From an uncultured Acidobacteriota bacterium (GTDB taxonomy: Bacteria > Acidobacteriota > Terriglobia > UBA7540), in the NCBI GenBank assembly GCA_963804995.1, contig CAWDSK010000006.1, positions 1,792,001 through 1,856,000 on the forward strand: a stretch of 64,000 bases of DNA, written 5' to 3'. The notes under the pieces are model-generated. The model saw only the letters and a program-made list of their open reading frames with translations, did no database searches and was not told the DNA's origin. Positions 40,058 through 49,219 of this stretch are shown in pieces. Every line of letters starts with the position of its first letter. Position 1 is the first letter of the stretch. A program made the position numbers and the translations under genes.

Positions 40058-41236
40058 TCAATGTCCCGGCGCCGGCGAAATCACAGGGGGGTCGAGTTTA
40101 AAATTCCCCGCGAGGGCCGGCATCCGGCTCAGGGTCTCCATAATGCGACGTTGAACGTCCGGGTCGTCGCCAAGCCCTTCGTACCAGGTGATGTCCGCCT
40201 CGCGCCGGAACCAGGTGATCTGGCGCTTGGCATAGTGCCTCGTGGCAATTTGCGTTAAACCCAAGGCTTCTTCTTGACTGGTCTTGCCTTCCCAAGCGGC
40301 CGAGGCTTGCCGATAACCCAAGGCCCCTAAAGCTTTGATGCATTCCGCGTCCGGACGGGCAAGCAGGGCGCGAGTTTCTTTCATCAATCCCGCCGCGAAC
40401 ATGCCTTCGACGCGCCGGTTGATGCGCTCGTAAAGTTGTGCCCGAGGGGGAGCGAGACCGATTTTAATGACGCGAAACCCCTCGAGCCCCACTCGCCCGC
40501 GCGCGTGCAGCGTGGAGAGCGGCTGGCGCGCCAGGATGCACACCTCGAGAGCACGGATCAGTTTCTGCGTGTCGCGAGGCAGAATGCGCCCGGCGGCCAC
40601 CGCGTCGAGGCGCCGAAGCAGGCGATGCAGAAATTCACGCCCGCGCCGCCGGGCCACAGCCCTCAAACGCTCCCGCAAAGCCTCCGAACGCGCCGGCCCC
40701 TCGAAAAGTCCCAGAAGCAGCGCTCGCAGGTAAAGCCCCGTGCCGCCCACCAGGATGGGCAGCATTCCACGCGCGCACACATCGCCTAAAACCTTCTGCG
40801 CCTCGCGCCGGTAGTCCCCCGCCGTGAAGACCTGACCGGGTTCCAGGCAATCCAGCAGGTGGTGCGGAATTCCCCGCCGCTCCTCCGGCATCAGCTTCCC
40901 TGAACCCACGTCGAAGCCGCGGTACAACTGAACGGAATCGTAATTTACAACTTCCCCGCCCAGGCGCTCGGCCAGCTCCAGAGCCAACGTAGACTTGCCG
41001 GCGGCGGTGGGGCCCACGATCGCTACGAGAGGATAGTCTCCCCCGCCTGGCTCGATTTTCTTGAGGCGCCGTGCCCACTGAACAGCATCGACCCCTTGGT
41101 CTGATGCGGTGTGGGCACTGGATCCACCCTGCTGGATCGCGAGATCCAATGGCGAGAGGCGTGAGTCGGAAGCACACGTCAATGAAGCCACCGCGGAAGT
41201 GCGTTCGGCATCTTGATCTGTGCAGGGGAATGCCAC
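40058..41236 (-). CDS. miaA: tRNA dimethylallyltransferase (true start probably nearer 41080)
   Basis: [32 protein letters not shown]; miaA-hfq-hflX synteny. Confidence 0.93.
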   Translation of the reverse strand: MAFPCTDQDAERTSAVASLTCASDSRLSPLDLAIQQGGSSAHTASDQGVDAVQWARRLKKIEPGGGDYPLVAIVGPTAAGKSTLALELAERLGGEVVNYDSVQLYRGFDVGSGKLMPEERRGIPHHLLDCLEPGQVFTAGDYRREAQKVLGDVCARGMLPILVGGTGLYLRALLLGLFEGPARSEALRERLRAVARRRGREFLHRLLRRLDAVAAGRILPRDTQKLIRALEVCILARQPLSTLHARGRVGLEGFRVIKIGLAPPRAQLYERINRRVEGMFAAGLMKETRALLARPDAECIKALGALGYRQASAAWEGKTSQEEALGLTQIATRHYAKRQITWFRREADITWYEGLGDDPDVQRRIMETLSRMPALAGNFKLDPPVISPAPGH

Positions 41237-41435
41237 TACGGAATTCTACCATATCCCGCGAAGCTTTTTGTCCCTGGCGCGTTGATGGGTGGTGTCGCAG
41301 TTTGCCGCAGAGGCGGCTTGATGCCACGATCAGCACGACCCGTTTATATTGTCAGCACCACCCCGGCGCTCGGCCCCGATCATCAATTTGGAAAGAACGC
41401 GCTATCGGGGCTCGGCGCGTCACCCCTCCTCATCT

Positions 41436-41534
41436 GAGGCTGTCTCAAAACTGGCAAATTCACGGTTTTTACGACGAATAATCAATAACTTACGCTGTGC
41501 AAAAGTCAGAAATACCTAGTTTTGAGACAGCCTC
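41436..41534. mobile_element. 99-bp MITE (IS1182-like ends) inserted in a hairpin loop
   Basis: TIR GAGGCTGTCTCAAAACT / AGTTTTGAGACAGCCTC; TSD ATCT; internal IHF consensus at 41480-41492. Confidence 0.85.
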
Positions 41535-41797
41535 ATCTGAGGAGGGGAGTTCTTTAATAACTCCCATCCATATTTCTCACTTTTCGTCCCCTGCGATTTA
41601 ACCCCACCTTCATCAATCCCTCGATCATCCGTAACGGTCGGATGGGATACTGTGCCTCGGAGCGAAACCGCGGAAAAAACGAGTTGTGGCCAAGCAACAG
41701 GTGACGTCATTGCGGCGGGGCCTGTGTTCGAAGCCGGCGTGGAGGGCGGCGTGGGTAGTGCCGCTCTTCTCGTCGGCGAATTTGGAGGTTATTCACT

Positions 41798-42001
41798 ATG
41801 AATACCAAAGCGCAAGTAGGTGAAGCGGCTGGGGAGGTCTGGCGCCTACTCGATCAGCATGGACCGCAGACGCTGGCTCAACTGAAGAAGAGAATGAACG
41901 GCAGCAGCGAACTCCTGAGCTTCGCGATCGGCTGGCTGGCGCGCGAAGACAAGTTGGAGATCCACCCGGAAAGGAAATCATTCAAGCTGCAACTGAAGTA
42001 G
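41798..42001 (+). CDS. Winged helix-turn-helix protein (DUF2582-like)
   Basis: VGEAAGEVWRLL...AIGWLAREDK. Confidence 0.85.
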   Translation: MNTKAQVGEAAGEVWRLLDQHGPQTLAQLKKRMNGSSELLSFAIGWLAREDKLEIHPERKSFKLQLK

Positions 42002-42058
42002 CACGCCGTTAGCCCGGATTTCCCACCAGGCGGAACCATTTTTTTCGAGCGGCTGAAA

Positions 42059-42320
42059 GGGCGGGGCTTATGGTTTTTAAATTTTTGACTTGTGGAATTC
42101 TCGAACGCCCACGTGACCCCTCACCCGTCCCGCCCGGGCTGATGAAAACGCCGGTGGCGGTCCACCCTCTCCCCTCGGAGAGGGCTAGGCAGCGTAAGTC
42201 CCAACCTTCTCCCAGGGGGAGAAGGTGGCCGACGTAGGAGGACGGATGAGGGGTTACTTCCACGCGCGGGGCGTCGGAACAATCTACACCTTATGAATTC
42301 GAAAGCCATAAACCTCGCCC
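42059..42320. mobile_element. MITE type E enclosing a REP doublet
   Basis: Imperfect TIR GGGCGGGGCTTATGGTTTTTAAATT / AATTCGAAAGCCATAAACCTCGCCC; REP pair at 42116-42255. Confidence 0.6.
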
Positions 42321-42341
42321 TTCGAGGAACAGGGAGGGATT

Positions 42342-42821
42342 ATGAATGAGAAAATCAAGGCTCTGCTAGTGCAAGCCCAGCCCGATCCGTGCGACGCTCT
42401 GCGCATGGAGCTGGAAGAACATGCGATGGATATTCGCATCGCCAGGAATTGCGGCGAGGCAGCGATGATTCTGTGGTCTGACCAGCCGCCGCATCTGGTG
42501 TTCACAGAAGTTCAGCTTGCCGATGGCCATTGGAGCGATGTTCTGACCCTGGCCGCCAAAGCCTCCGCGCCCGTCAACGTAATCGTGGTGGCCGCGCACG
42601 TGGATGTGGGCTTCTATATTTCGGCAATCGAGCGCGGCGCCTTCGATTTTATCGTCCCGCCCTTTGCCGCGCCTGAACTCCTGCACATTGTCCGCAGCGC
42701 CGCGCAAAACGCGTTGAGCCGCCGCCAGGCACAAGCCCTGACCGGGGCGCCGGCCTCTCTCCTCGATTTACAGCCTGCCGAGCACAAGAAAGAACATGCC
42801 CTGGCCGGCGCCGAGGACTAA
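42342..42821 (+). CDS. Atypical single-domain response regulator (pseudo-receiver)
   Basis: Receiver fold pattern (PHLVFTEVQLADG, AIERGAFDFIVPPF). Confidence 0.8.
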   Translation: MNEKIKALLVQAQPDPCDALRMELEEHAMDIRIARNCGEAAMILWSDQPPHLVFTEVQLADGHWSDVLTLAAKASAPVNVIVVAAHVDVGFYISAIERGAFDFIVPPFAAPELLHIVRSAAQNALSRRQAQALTGAPASLLDLQPAEHKKEHALAGAED

Positions 42822-42919
42822 GCCTGAAAGACCTCAACTTCATCATTTGGACTCAACCCTCCCCCAATGAATGAGTCTCGAAACCGGTTGGCGGAACCTA
42901 CCGAGACGACTGAAAATTC

Positions 42920-43927
42920 CTATTTTCCTCCCCGCGTCTTCTTCGGCTCGGCGATCGGCCCGATGTAGGACGTGGCGGCGACCACGTCGTCAAACCACTT
43001 CCGGTTCTCGCGGAGGTCGTTGGGACGCAAGTAGAGCCCGATGCCGAAGGTGTTGATCTTGAGGCTTGCCACGTCGCGGAATCTGAAGTTGGGGAAATCC
43101 GCGATCAGCTTGCCGTCCACCCACAGGGCGACACGCCCGTCGCTCTGGCCCGGCGTATTGGCCTGGACCATGAACTCGTAGCAGTACCAGCGGTCCAACT
43201 CCGGAATGAAGTCCGGGCGGGGGACAAACTGCGGTCCGAAGGAGATCGGTGGCGGCGCCGGTGATCGTACGATGGAGGGCACGACCTTGCCGGTGGGGTA
43301 AATGTGATCGCCGAAGCTACCGCCTTGCTCGGGATGGTAGACATAGATATTGAGCGGGCCTGGCGACGGACTATCGCCCCGCTCGGTCTCGAAGTTGACC
43401 AGGAACTTGTTGGTTCCGTCGGCGGGAAATCCCGGGGTCGCTCGCCCCTCGGGGGTGTTGTAGTGAGCGGCGATCATTCCGCCGTTGTGAGTCGAGCCGC
43501 CGGGATGGTCATAGCCCTTCTCGAACTTCGCATAGAAGCGCAGGAAGACAACGTCCTGTTCATTCTTGATGTACTGGGTGAGCCCGATGGAAAGCCCTTC
43601 CCGTTCGAGGGGCATCGCGAACTCGACCGCGCGTTTGCCCTGGTGGACGTTGGCAGGCTCTTCGGCGATGCGCATGTTCGCCTCATGATACACGGCGCTC
43701 CACTTCTGATGGAGATCCGCCGGCTGCGCGTACTCCTCGAAGCCATCGTGGAAAAGGACCGCGGGATCGCTCTCAATACCCTCGTCGCCGGGATATCTCG
43801 CGGCAATCCCCGCATCGCCCTCCGGCAACCGCGGCAGCGGTGCGGACGCGGTCGTCTGACCGGCGGCCGCAACTGCCCCGGCAAGCATCATGAACGTCAG
43901 AACCAGCCAACCGCTGCGCATCACCAT
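42920..43927 (-). CDS. Secreted hypothetical protein (polysaccharide-lyase/ConA-like fold suspected)
   Basis: Signal peptide; WYCYEFMV..NTPG..DG...LWVDG, WFDDVV. Confidence 0.7.
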   Translation of the reverse strand: MVMRSGWLVLTFMMLAGAVAAAGQTTASAPLPRLPEGDAGIAARYPGDEGIESDPAVLFHDGFEEYAQPADLHQKWSAVYHEANMRIAEEPANVHQGKRAVEFAMPLEREGLSIGLTQYIKNEQDVVFLRFYAKFEKGYDHPGGSTHNGGMIAAHYNTPEGRATPGFPADGTNKFLVNFETERGDSPSPGPLNIYVYHPEQGGSFGDHIYPTGKVVPSIVRSPAPPPISFGPQFVPRPDFIPELDRWYCYEFMVQANTPGQSDGRVALWVDGKLIADFPNFRFRDVASLKINTFGIGLYLRPNDLRENRKWFDDVVAATSYIGPIAEPKKTRGGK

Positions 43928-44131
43928 TGCAACTCCTGCCTTGCCAACCGCTCGGCTCTCCGTATGGTTGACCCGGAACTTCCGATTTCAGCTTTACGTC
44001 TCGGCAAAATCATACGCCTGCTGCCAAACCGGGTCAAAACCGAATCACCGTGGCCTCTTTTGGATGGCTTTGGGCCTCGTTTTGGCTGTTGCACTCACTC
44101 TAACCGGCCCATGACCTCACGGCCACTCTGG

Positions 44132-44641
44132 TCACGTCTCTCTTAGCAATGTCCAGATCCAGCCAATGAAGGTCATAACGAGGAAGGGATATGCGAAGAA
44201 CGGCAACGGTGATGAGGTTGGCAACAACTGTTCACCCCCGAAGATTCTGGCAGCCGTAATCGCAAACAGGATTGAACTGGCGACGCCCACCAAGCGAACC
44301 AACAGGGGGAATTCTTTCGGAATACTGATTAACAAAATGGAAGTAGCCCAAAGGGCCGTACCCGCCGCAAACGCCGGGACGCTTCCGGCCAGACTCGCAG
44401 CCGTCCCCGAAAGCATGACGGCCTCTCCAATCGCAAATACCAGGAACCCCGCGGCCACGAAGTCATTCCCCTTTCGGAAATACTTCAAAGTCAACAAGCT
44501 GGTGGCCATCACCAGGCCGAGGCTATCGAACGCCCATAAACTGTTGCGAAGTTCCGGCTGCGCGACGAAGGTCCCCGCCATTCCAAATATTGCGCCAATG
44601 GCAAGGCCAACTGCGGCTGCGACGTTCAGTGAGTTTTTCAT
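44132..44641 (-). CDS. Hypothetical membrane protein
   Basis: About six hydrophobic segments, starting MKNSLNV. Confidence 0.7.
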   Translation of the reverse strand: MKNSLNVAAAVGLAIGAIFGMAGTFVAQPELRNSLWAFDSLGLVMATSLLTLKYFRKGNDFVAAGFLVFAIGEAVMLSGTAASLAGSVPAFAAGTALWATSILLISIPKEFPLLVRLVGVASSILFAITAARIFGGEQLLPTSSPLPFFAYPFLVMTFIGWIWTLLRET

Positions 44642-44765
44642 TTCGGTCGCTCCGTATGATGCTGGAATCCTGCGGGCGGCAATTCCCGCCAAGTTGAGCC
44701 AGCGGATTGACTCGTCACCGCTGCGCTTGCCGCCCGCGCGCAAGGTGCGGGGCAAGCACCGTAGT

Positions 44766-44858
44766 AGGTAGCCACGGTCAGAGCTCTTGTGACCGTGGTC
44801 TTTTCCTCAGATAAAGAACCCACGGTCAATTCCAAAAACGAATTGACCGTGGCTACCT
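44766..44858. repeat. GTAG-type REP doublet
   Basis: AGGTAGCCACGGTCA...TGACCGTGG ... CCACGGTCA...TGACCGTGGCTACCT. Confidence 0.8.
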
Positions 44859-44878
44859 GCTCGCAAGGGAACAAACCC

Positions 44879-45841
44879 CTAAGGCACCAGCACAATCTTG
44901 CCGAATGCACCCGGTTCCATGACGGCACGATGCGCCTTGGCTACGTCTGCCAGGGGAAATTCCCTGCCCACCACGGGGCGCAGGGTTCCACTCGCGAGCC
45001 CCGCCCCCAGCGCGGCGTGGATGGCCGCAAGCTCTTCCCGGCTGGCGTTGAAGAGAACCATTCCCAAGACCGCCGCGTCACGGCGCATGATCTCGCGGGG
45101 GTTGATCTCGATGGCTCCACGGTTGCCAATCACCACCACGCGCCCTTTTTGCGCCAGCACGGTGAGGTCCTTGGCAAGATTCACATTGGCCAGCATCTCC
45201 AGGACGATATTCACTCCGCGACCCGCCGTGAGTTTTTGAATCTCGTCGAGATATCCCGGCGCATGATGGTCGAGCACGTGGTGCGCGCCCTGTACGGCAA
45301 CCAGCTCGCGCCCGCGTTCAGTGCCCGCCGTCCCGATCACGGTCAGACCCGCGGCGCGCGCCAATTGCACGCTTGCCACGCCCACTCCGCCGCTCGCCCC
45401 GTGAACGAGGATCGTCTCTCCCGGCTGGGCATGCCCGATTTGGAATAATCCGCGATAGGCCGTCGCGTAAGGTACATGCACCGCGGCTCCTTGCGCAAAA
45501 GTCACGTTGGGAGGAAGCGGGTGGACCTGCCACGCCTCGCAGAGCGCCTGCTCCGCGTAAACTCCGCTGAGGGCCCAGCCGGTGTAAACCCGGTCACCGG
45601 CCCGGAAGCCCTCAACCCCAGGCCCCACGGAATCCACCACGCCCGCCGCGTCACTGCCCGGGGTGTAAGGGAGCGCGGGCTTGATGGCATAGGTTCCGGT
45701 GCGAATGTAAGACTCCACGGGATTCACTCCCGCCGCTTTTACCCGCACTACCACTTGGCCCGCCGCCGCCACGAGGTCGGGAGCCTCTTCCAGCTTCATG
45801 ACTTCCGGATCACCGAATTCATGGACTCGTATAATTTTCAC
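44879..45841 (-). CDS. qor: NADPH:quinone reductase (zeta-crystallin family)
   Basis: AAGVNP, PYTPGSD, HGASGGVG, GKIVL. Confidence 0.92.
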   Translation of the reverse strand: MKIIRVHEFGDPEVMKLEEAPDLVAAAGQVVVRVKAAGVNPVESYIRTGTYAIKPALPYTPGSDAAGVVDSVGPGVEGFRAGDRVYTGWALSGVYAEQALCEAWQVHPLPPNVTFAQGAAVHVPYATAYRGLFQIGHAQPGETILVHGASGGVGVASVQLARAAGLTVIGTAGTERGRELVAVQGAHHVLDHHAPGYLDEIQKLTAGRGVNIVLEMLANVNLAKDLTVLAQKGRVVVIGNRGAIEINPREIMRRDAAVLGMVLFNASREELAAIHAALGAGLASGTLRPVVGREFPLADVAKAHRAVMEPGAFGKIVLVP

Positions 45842-45896
45842 AGTTTCTCTCCTTGCCTGTTGGCTAACAGGCTATTCAAAACCCCCTACGGTGCAA

Positions 45897-45969
45897 CGTA
45901 GCGGCGGGTTTACCCCGCCATATCGCCAACGATTTCGACAGCGGATGGCGGGGTAAACCCGCCGCTACG
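45897..45969. repeat. GTAG-type REP doublet
   Basis: CGTAGCGGCGGGTTTACCCCGCCAT ... ATGGCGGGGTAAACCCGCCGCTACG. Confidence 0.85.
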
Positions 45970-46165
45970 CCTTTCATCATCAGCACTAATTTACCATCAG
46001 CCCCGCGTTATGTCTGATTCCCTGCCGCTCATACTCTTATGTTGTGTATTTTCAATAACATCGCCGCTAAAGGGAAAAGTGGCACCAACAACGTGTCTGT
46101 TCGTATTGATCCCAAAGAACATCGCCAGACTCACCTTCATTTTAACATCTTTTTTTCCGCCAAGT

Positions 46166-46399
46166 TGGTCGCCACTCAAAGCCGCCGCAAATTTGCGGGC
46201 CAAGCTGCTGATCATCCACGGCACGTCCGAGGACAATGTGCATCTGCAAAACACCATCAACTTTCTCAACGCGCTGATCCGTGCCGGCAAGCCTTATGAG
46301 TTTCACTTGCAGCCGGGACAGAAGCACGGCTTTCAGGGAAATATTCCCCGAACCTACGTCGACCAGCGCATCCTGGACTTCCTTAAACAAGGCTTGTGA
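46166..46399 (+). pseudogene. C-terminal fragment of an S9 (DPP-IV-like) peptidase
   Basis: SPLKAAANL..KLLIIHGTSEDNVH...HGF; no N-terminal part or GxSxG. Confidence 0.75.
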
Positions 46400-47050
46400 G
46401 GGGCGAGTTGGGGAGTAGAGAATTCCCTGCATCTTCAATAACCCCTTTTCTTTTCATCAACATCTTAGGAAGAGAGCTTTATCTCCCTTATTTTCAATAC
46501 TATGGTAGAAGGGCATGAAACCGACATTTTTTCTATATTTGTTTTCAATAAGATAGTTAAACATACCTTCATTTTTGCCCCCCGCGTTTTGTAGCCCCCG
46601 GAGCCACCGCTCATGTTAACTTGTGTAAATCCAATGAGTTGACAGTTTATTGGGGTCGCAGCTAATTCTCCTAACTGCCTTTATTATCATCAACATATTC
46701 TGAGGAAAATCGTAATTTGTCTGCTTCCCACAAGGTCATTTCCAACCCTTTTTCTTCACATCCCCCCGAGGGGCGGGACTCGTGATTCTGAACTCGTAAA
46801 TTGCGCTCGCTGCCCAATGCCTACTGCTGCTCCCTGGCACCCGGCGCCTAGCACTTAACATATAGATTAACATTTATTGTTGGGGTAATTGCAACAGAAA
46901 GATTTACGCGCGGGCTACCGGTAGCCCAGAAATGAAATGGATCGGACAAATCGCCCGTCGCCGGGAAGAAATATGCGTAGAGAAAACTAAAAGCGCCCCA
47001 AGGGCGGGCGCGTGATGTGGTTATTGCGAGCAGCGCTTGGCGAACAAAAA

Positions 47051-47168
47051 CTAGTGTGGTGTCCCGTGTTAGAGTTGACAATGGGTAGAACCCCCTCACC
47101 CGTCTGGCCTCGGCTGATGAGAACGCCTCGGACAGCCTTGTCAAATATTAACCGGGACACCACACTAG
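47051..47168. mobile_element. Internally deleted MITE type A
   Basis: Same TIRs as 1449-1661; central hairpins missing. Confidence 0.85.
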
Positions 47169-47215
47169 GCGACGCATTTGGGGTAAGATAATCTTTGCTA
47201 ATCAGGGAAGGCGCA

Positions 47216-48421
47216 ATGCGCAGGCGAAGCGAGCGAGACACACAGATGAGGGAGTCGTTGCATTCCGGGTCATCAACTCGATACCCCGATCCGAGGATAG
47301 GTTGGCGCGGCCGTCGCGCGATAGGGGTGGCGCTTGCAATCGCGGCTTTACTAGTGACGGGGAGCGACCTCCGCACACCCGCTCAAAACCCCACGCCGCC
47401 AGCGGCACCAGCAGCAACCCCCGCGGCAAGCGAACCGGCGCATCAAGAGGAGACTGCGCCCCCCGCGACCAAGAGTATTGAACGGGTTCGAGTCGAAGTC
47501 GTCAACGTCCCCGTGACCGTCCTCAACAAGCGGGGACAGGTGGTCATTGATCTGACCAAGGATGATTTCGAAATCTATGAAGATGGAGTGAAGCAGAATA
47601 TCCGCTACTTCAACCGCGAGACGCAAACGCCCCTGCACATTGGGATCATCCTTGACACCAGCAACAGCGCGCGCCGCCAGTTACCCTTTCAAAAGGATGC
47701 CGCCACCGAGTTCGCGTACACAATCCTGCAAGGCAGAAGCAGTAAGAACAAAATCTTTCTGCAAACCTTCGACTCCACAAGTTCCGTTATTCAGGATTTT
47801 ACGAACGATCCGGATCTCCTGAATGAAAAGATCCAGGAGCTCAAGGCCGGCGGTGGAAAGGCCCTTTTCGACGCGATCTACTTTGCCTGCCGGGAAAAAA
47901 TGCTGAAGTCCGGCGACCCCGAGGAAACTCGACGAGTTCTGGTCGTCATGAGCGACGGCCTCAACGTGCAGAGCCAGCACACCCTGGACGAGGTCATTTC
48001 CATGGCGCGCCAGGCCGAGACCATGATCTACACTATCGGCAACGCCGCCTATGGGTACACGAATACGGGAGACGACTTGCTTGAGAAGTTGGCCGACGCC
48101 ACCGGGGGAGCAGCCTTCTTCCCGCTGAGGGTCTCGCCCGGCGCCGACATGGAGACGGGATACCTCTCCCACGGGCAAATCGGTGAGACCTCCCAAAACA
48201 AAGGCCTGGGAGCGGAGACAGGAAAGTACTCAGCGGAGCGCGGGATACAATTGGCGGATGCCTTGGAGGCCATCAGCCGCCAACTGGATGAGCAGTACAA
48301 CATCGGCTACACGCCGTTACGTAGCGCCCTGGACGGAACATATCGCTCCATCAAGGTTGTAGGCACGCGTCGCGGTTTGAACATGCGTTGGAAACCCGGC
48401 TACTTTGCTGCAGTGCAATAA
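47216..48421 (+). CDS. VWA domain protein (Acidobacterial VWFA-related type)
   Basis: VNVPVTV, DFEIYEDG, LDTSNS (MIDAS), SDG, ATGG, QYNIGYTP; start uncertain. Confidence 0.9.
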   Translation: MRRRSERDTQMRESLHSGSSTRYPDPRIGWRGRRAIGVALAIAALLVTGSDLRTPAQNPTPPAAPAATPAASEPAHQEETAPPATKSIERVRVEVVNVPVTVLNKRGQVVIDLTKDDFEIYEDGVKQNIRYFNRETQTPLHIGIILDTSNSARRQLPFQKDAATEFAYTILQGRSSKNKIFLQTFDSTSSVIQDFTNDPDLLNEKIQELKAGGGKALFDAIYFACREKMLKSGDPEETRRVLVVMSDGLNVQSQHTLDEVISMARQAETMIYTIGNAAYGYTNTGDDLLEKLADATGGAAFFPLRVSPGADMETGYLSHGQIGETSQNKGLGAETGKYSAERGIQLADALEAISRQLDEQYNIGYTPLRSALDGTYRSIKVVGTRRGLNMRWKPGYFAAVQ

Positions 48422-48462
48422 TCACCTCTTTTCTCAGATAACACTTCAGGTTGGAGGATACG

Positions 48463-49179
48463 ATGAGCAACGCCCTGGAGGCATTGGCCGCACTTCGCCA
48501 CGCGCGGGTGATCGATTTAAGCCAAACCTTGGAAGAACACATGCCGCATTTTCCCACTCACTCCAAGTTCTTCCACACCCTTTGGGGGTCCTATTGGCAT
48601 GGAGGGCGTTCCTTGAGCTACCAATTAGTGATGCACGAGCACAATGGGACCCACGTGGATGCTCCCGCTCATTTCATCAGCGACGCGAAACCGGAGGCCC
48701 ATGTGACGATCGAGCAGGTGCCGGCGACACGACTCCTCGGCCGGGGCGTGCGAGTGAATTGTCAGGGGATGCGACCCGGTGAATATGTTTCTAAGCACCA
48801 CCTCGTCGATTGGGAGAGCCAGCACGGCACCCTCCAGGCCGGTGACATCGTCTTGTTTGATTTTGGTTGGTCGGTGAAATGGGGATTGCGTCCTCACGAT
48901 CAGAGTTACGCCGAGGATTGGCCAGGGGTGGGCATGGAAGCCGCGGAGTATCTTATTTCAAAGCAGGTCGCCGCCATCGGCGTGGACACGCTCTCGCCAG
49001 ATCCGCCCGAAGCGCTGCGCGCCCAACCCATCCATCCCGTAGTTCTCGAAAAACAAGTCCTGATCATTGAGAACCTTTGCAACTTGGACCAGCTTCCTGA
49101 TTTTTTCCTCTTCGCCGCATTGCCGCTCAAAATTCGCGCGGGATCTGGTTCGCCCATTCGTGCCGTGGCGCTTGTCTAG
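48463..49179 (+). CDS. Cyclase family protein (kynurenine formamidase-like)
   Basis: HNGTHVDAPAHF, GVDTLS, IIENL, GSGSPIRAVA. Confidence 0.92.
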   Translation: MSNALEALAALRHARVIDLSQTLEEHMPHFPTHSKFFHTLWGSYWHGGRSLSYQLVMHEHNGTHVDAPAHFISDAKPEAHVTIEQVPATRLLGRGVRVNCQGMRPGEYVSKHHLVDWESQHGTLQAGDIVLFDFGWSVKWGLRPHDQSYAEDWPGVGMEAAEYLISKQVAAIGVDTLSPDPPEALRAQPIHPVVLEKQVLIIENLCNLDQLPDFFLFAALPLKIRAGSGSPIRAVALV

Positions 49180-49219
49180 TGGCCATGGTAAGTCTCCGCA
49201 AATGCCGACCCGAGTTTGA

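Noticed and set aside
44690..44760. GC-rich imperfect palindrome as an integron attC site
   Set aside because: No RYYYAAC/GTTRRRY boxes and no integrase
45863..45890. CTAACAGGCTATTCAAAA resembles an IS end next to a REPIN
   Set aside because: No matching opposite end found, so it was not called as a shell
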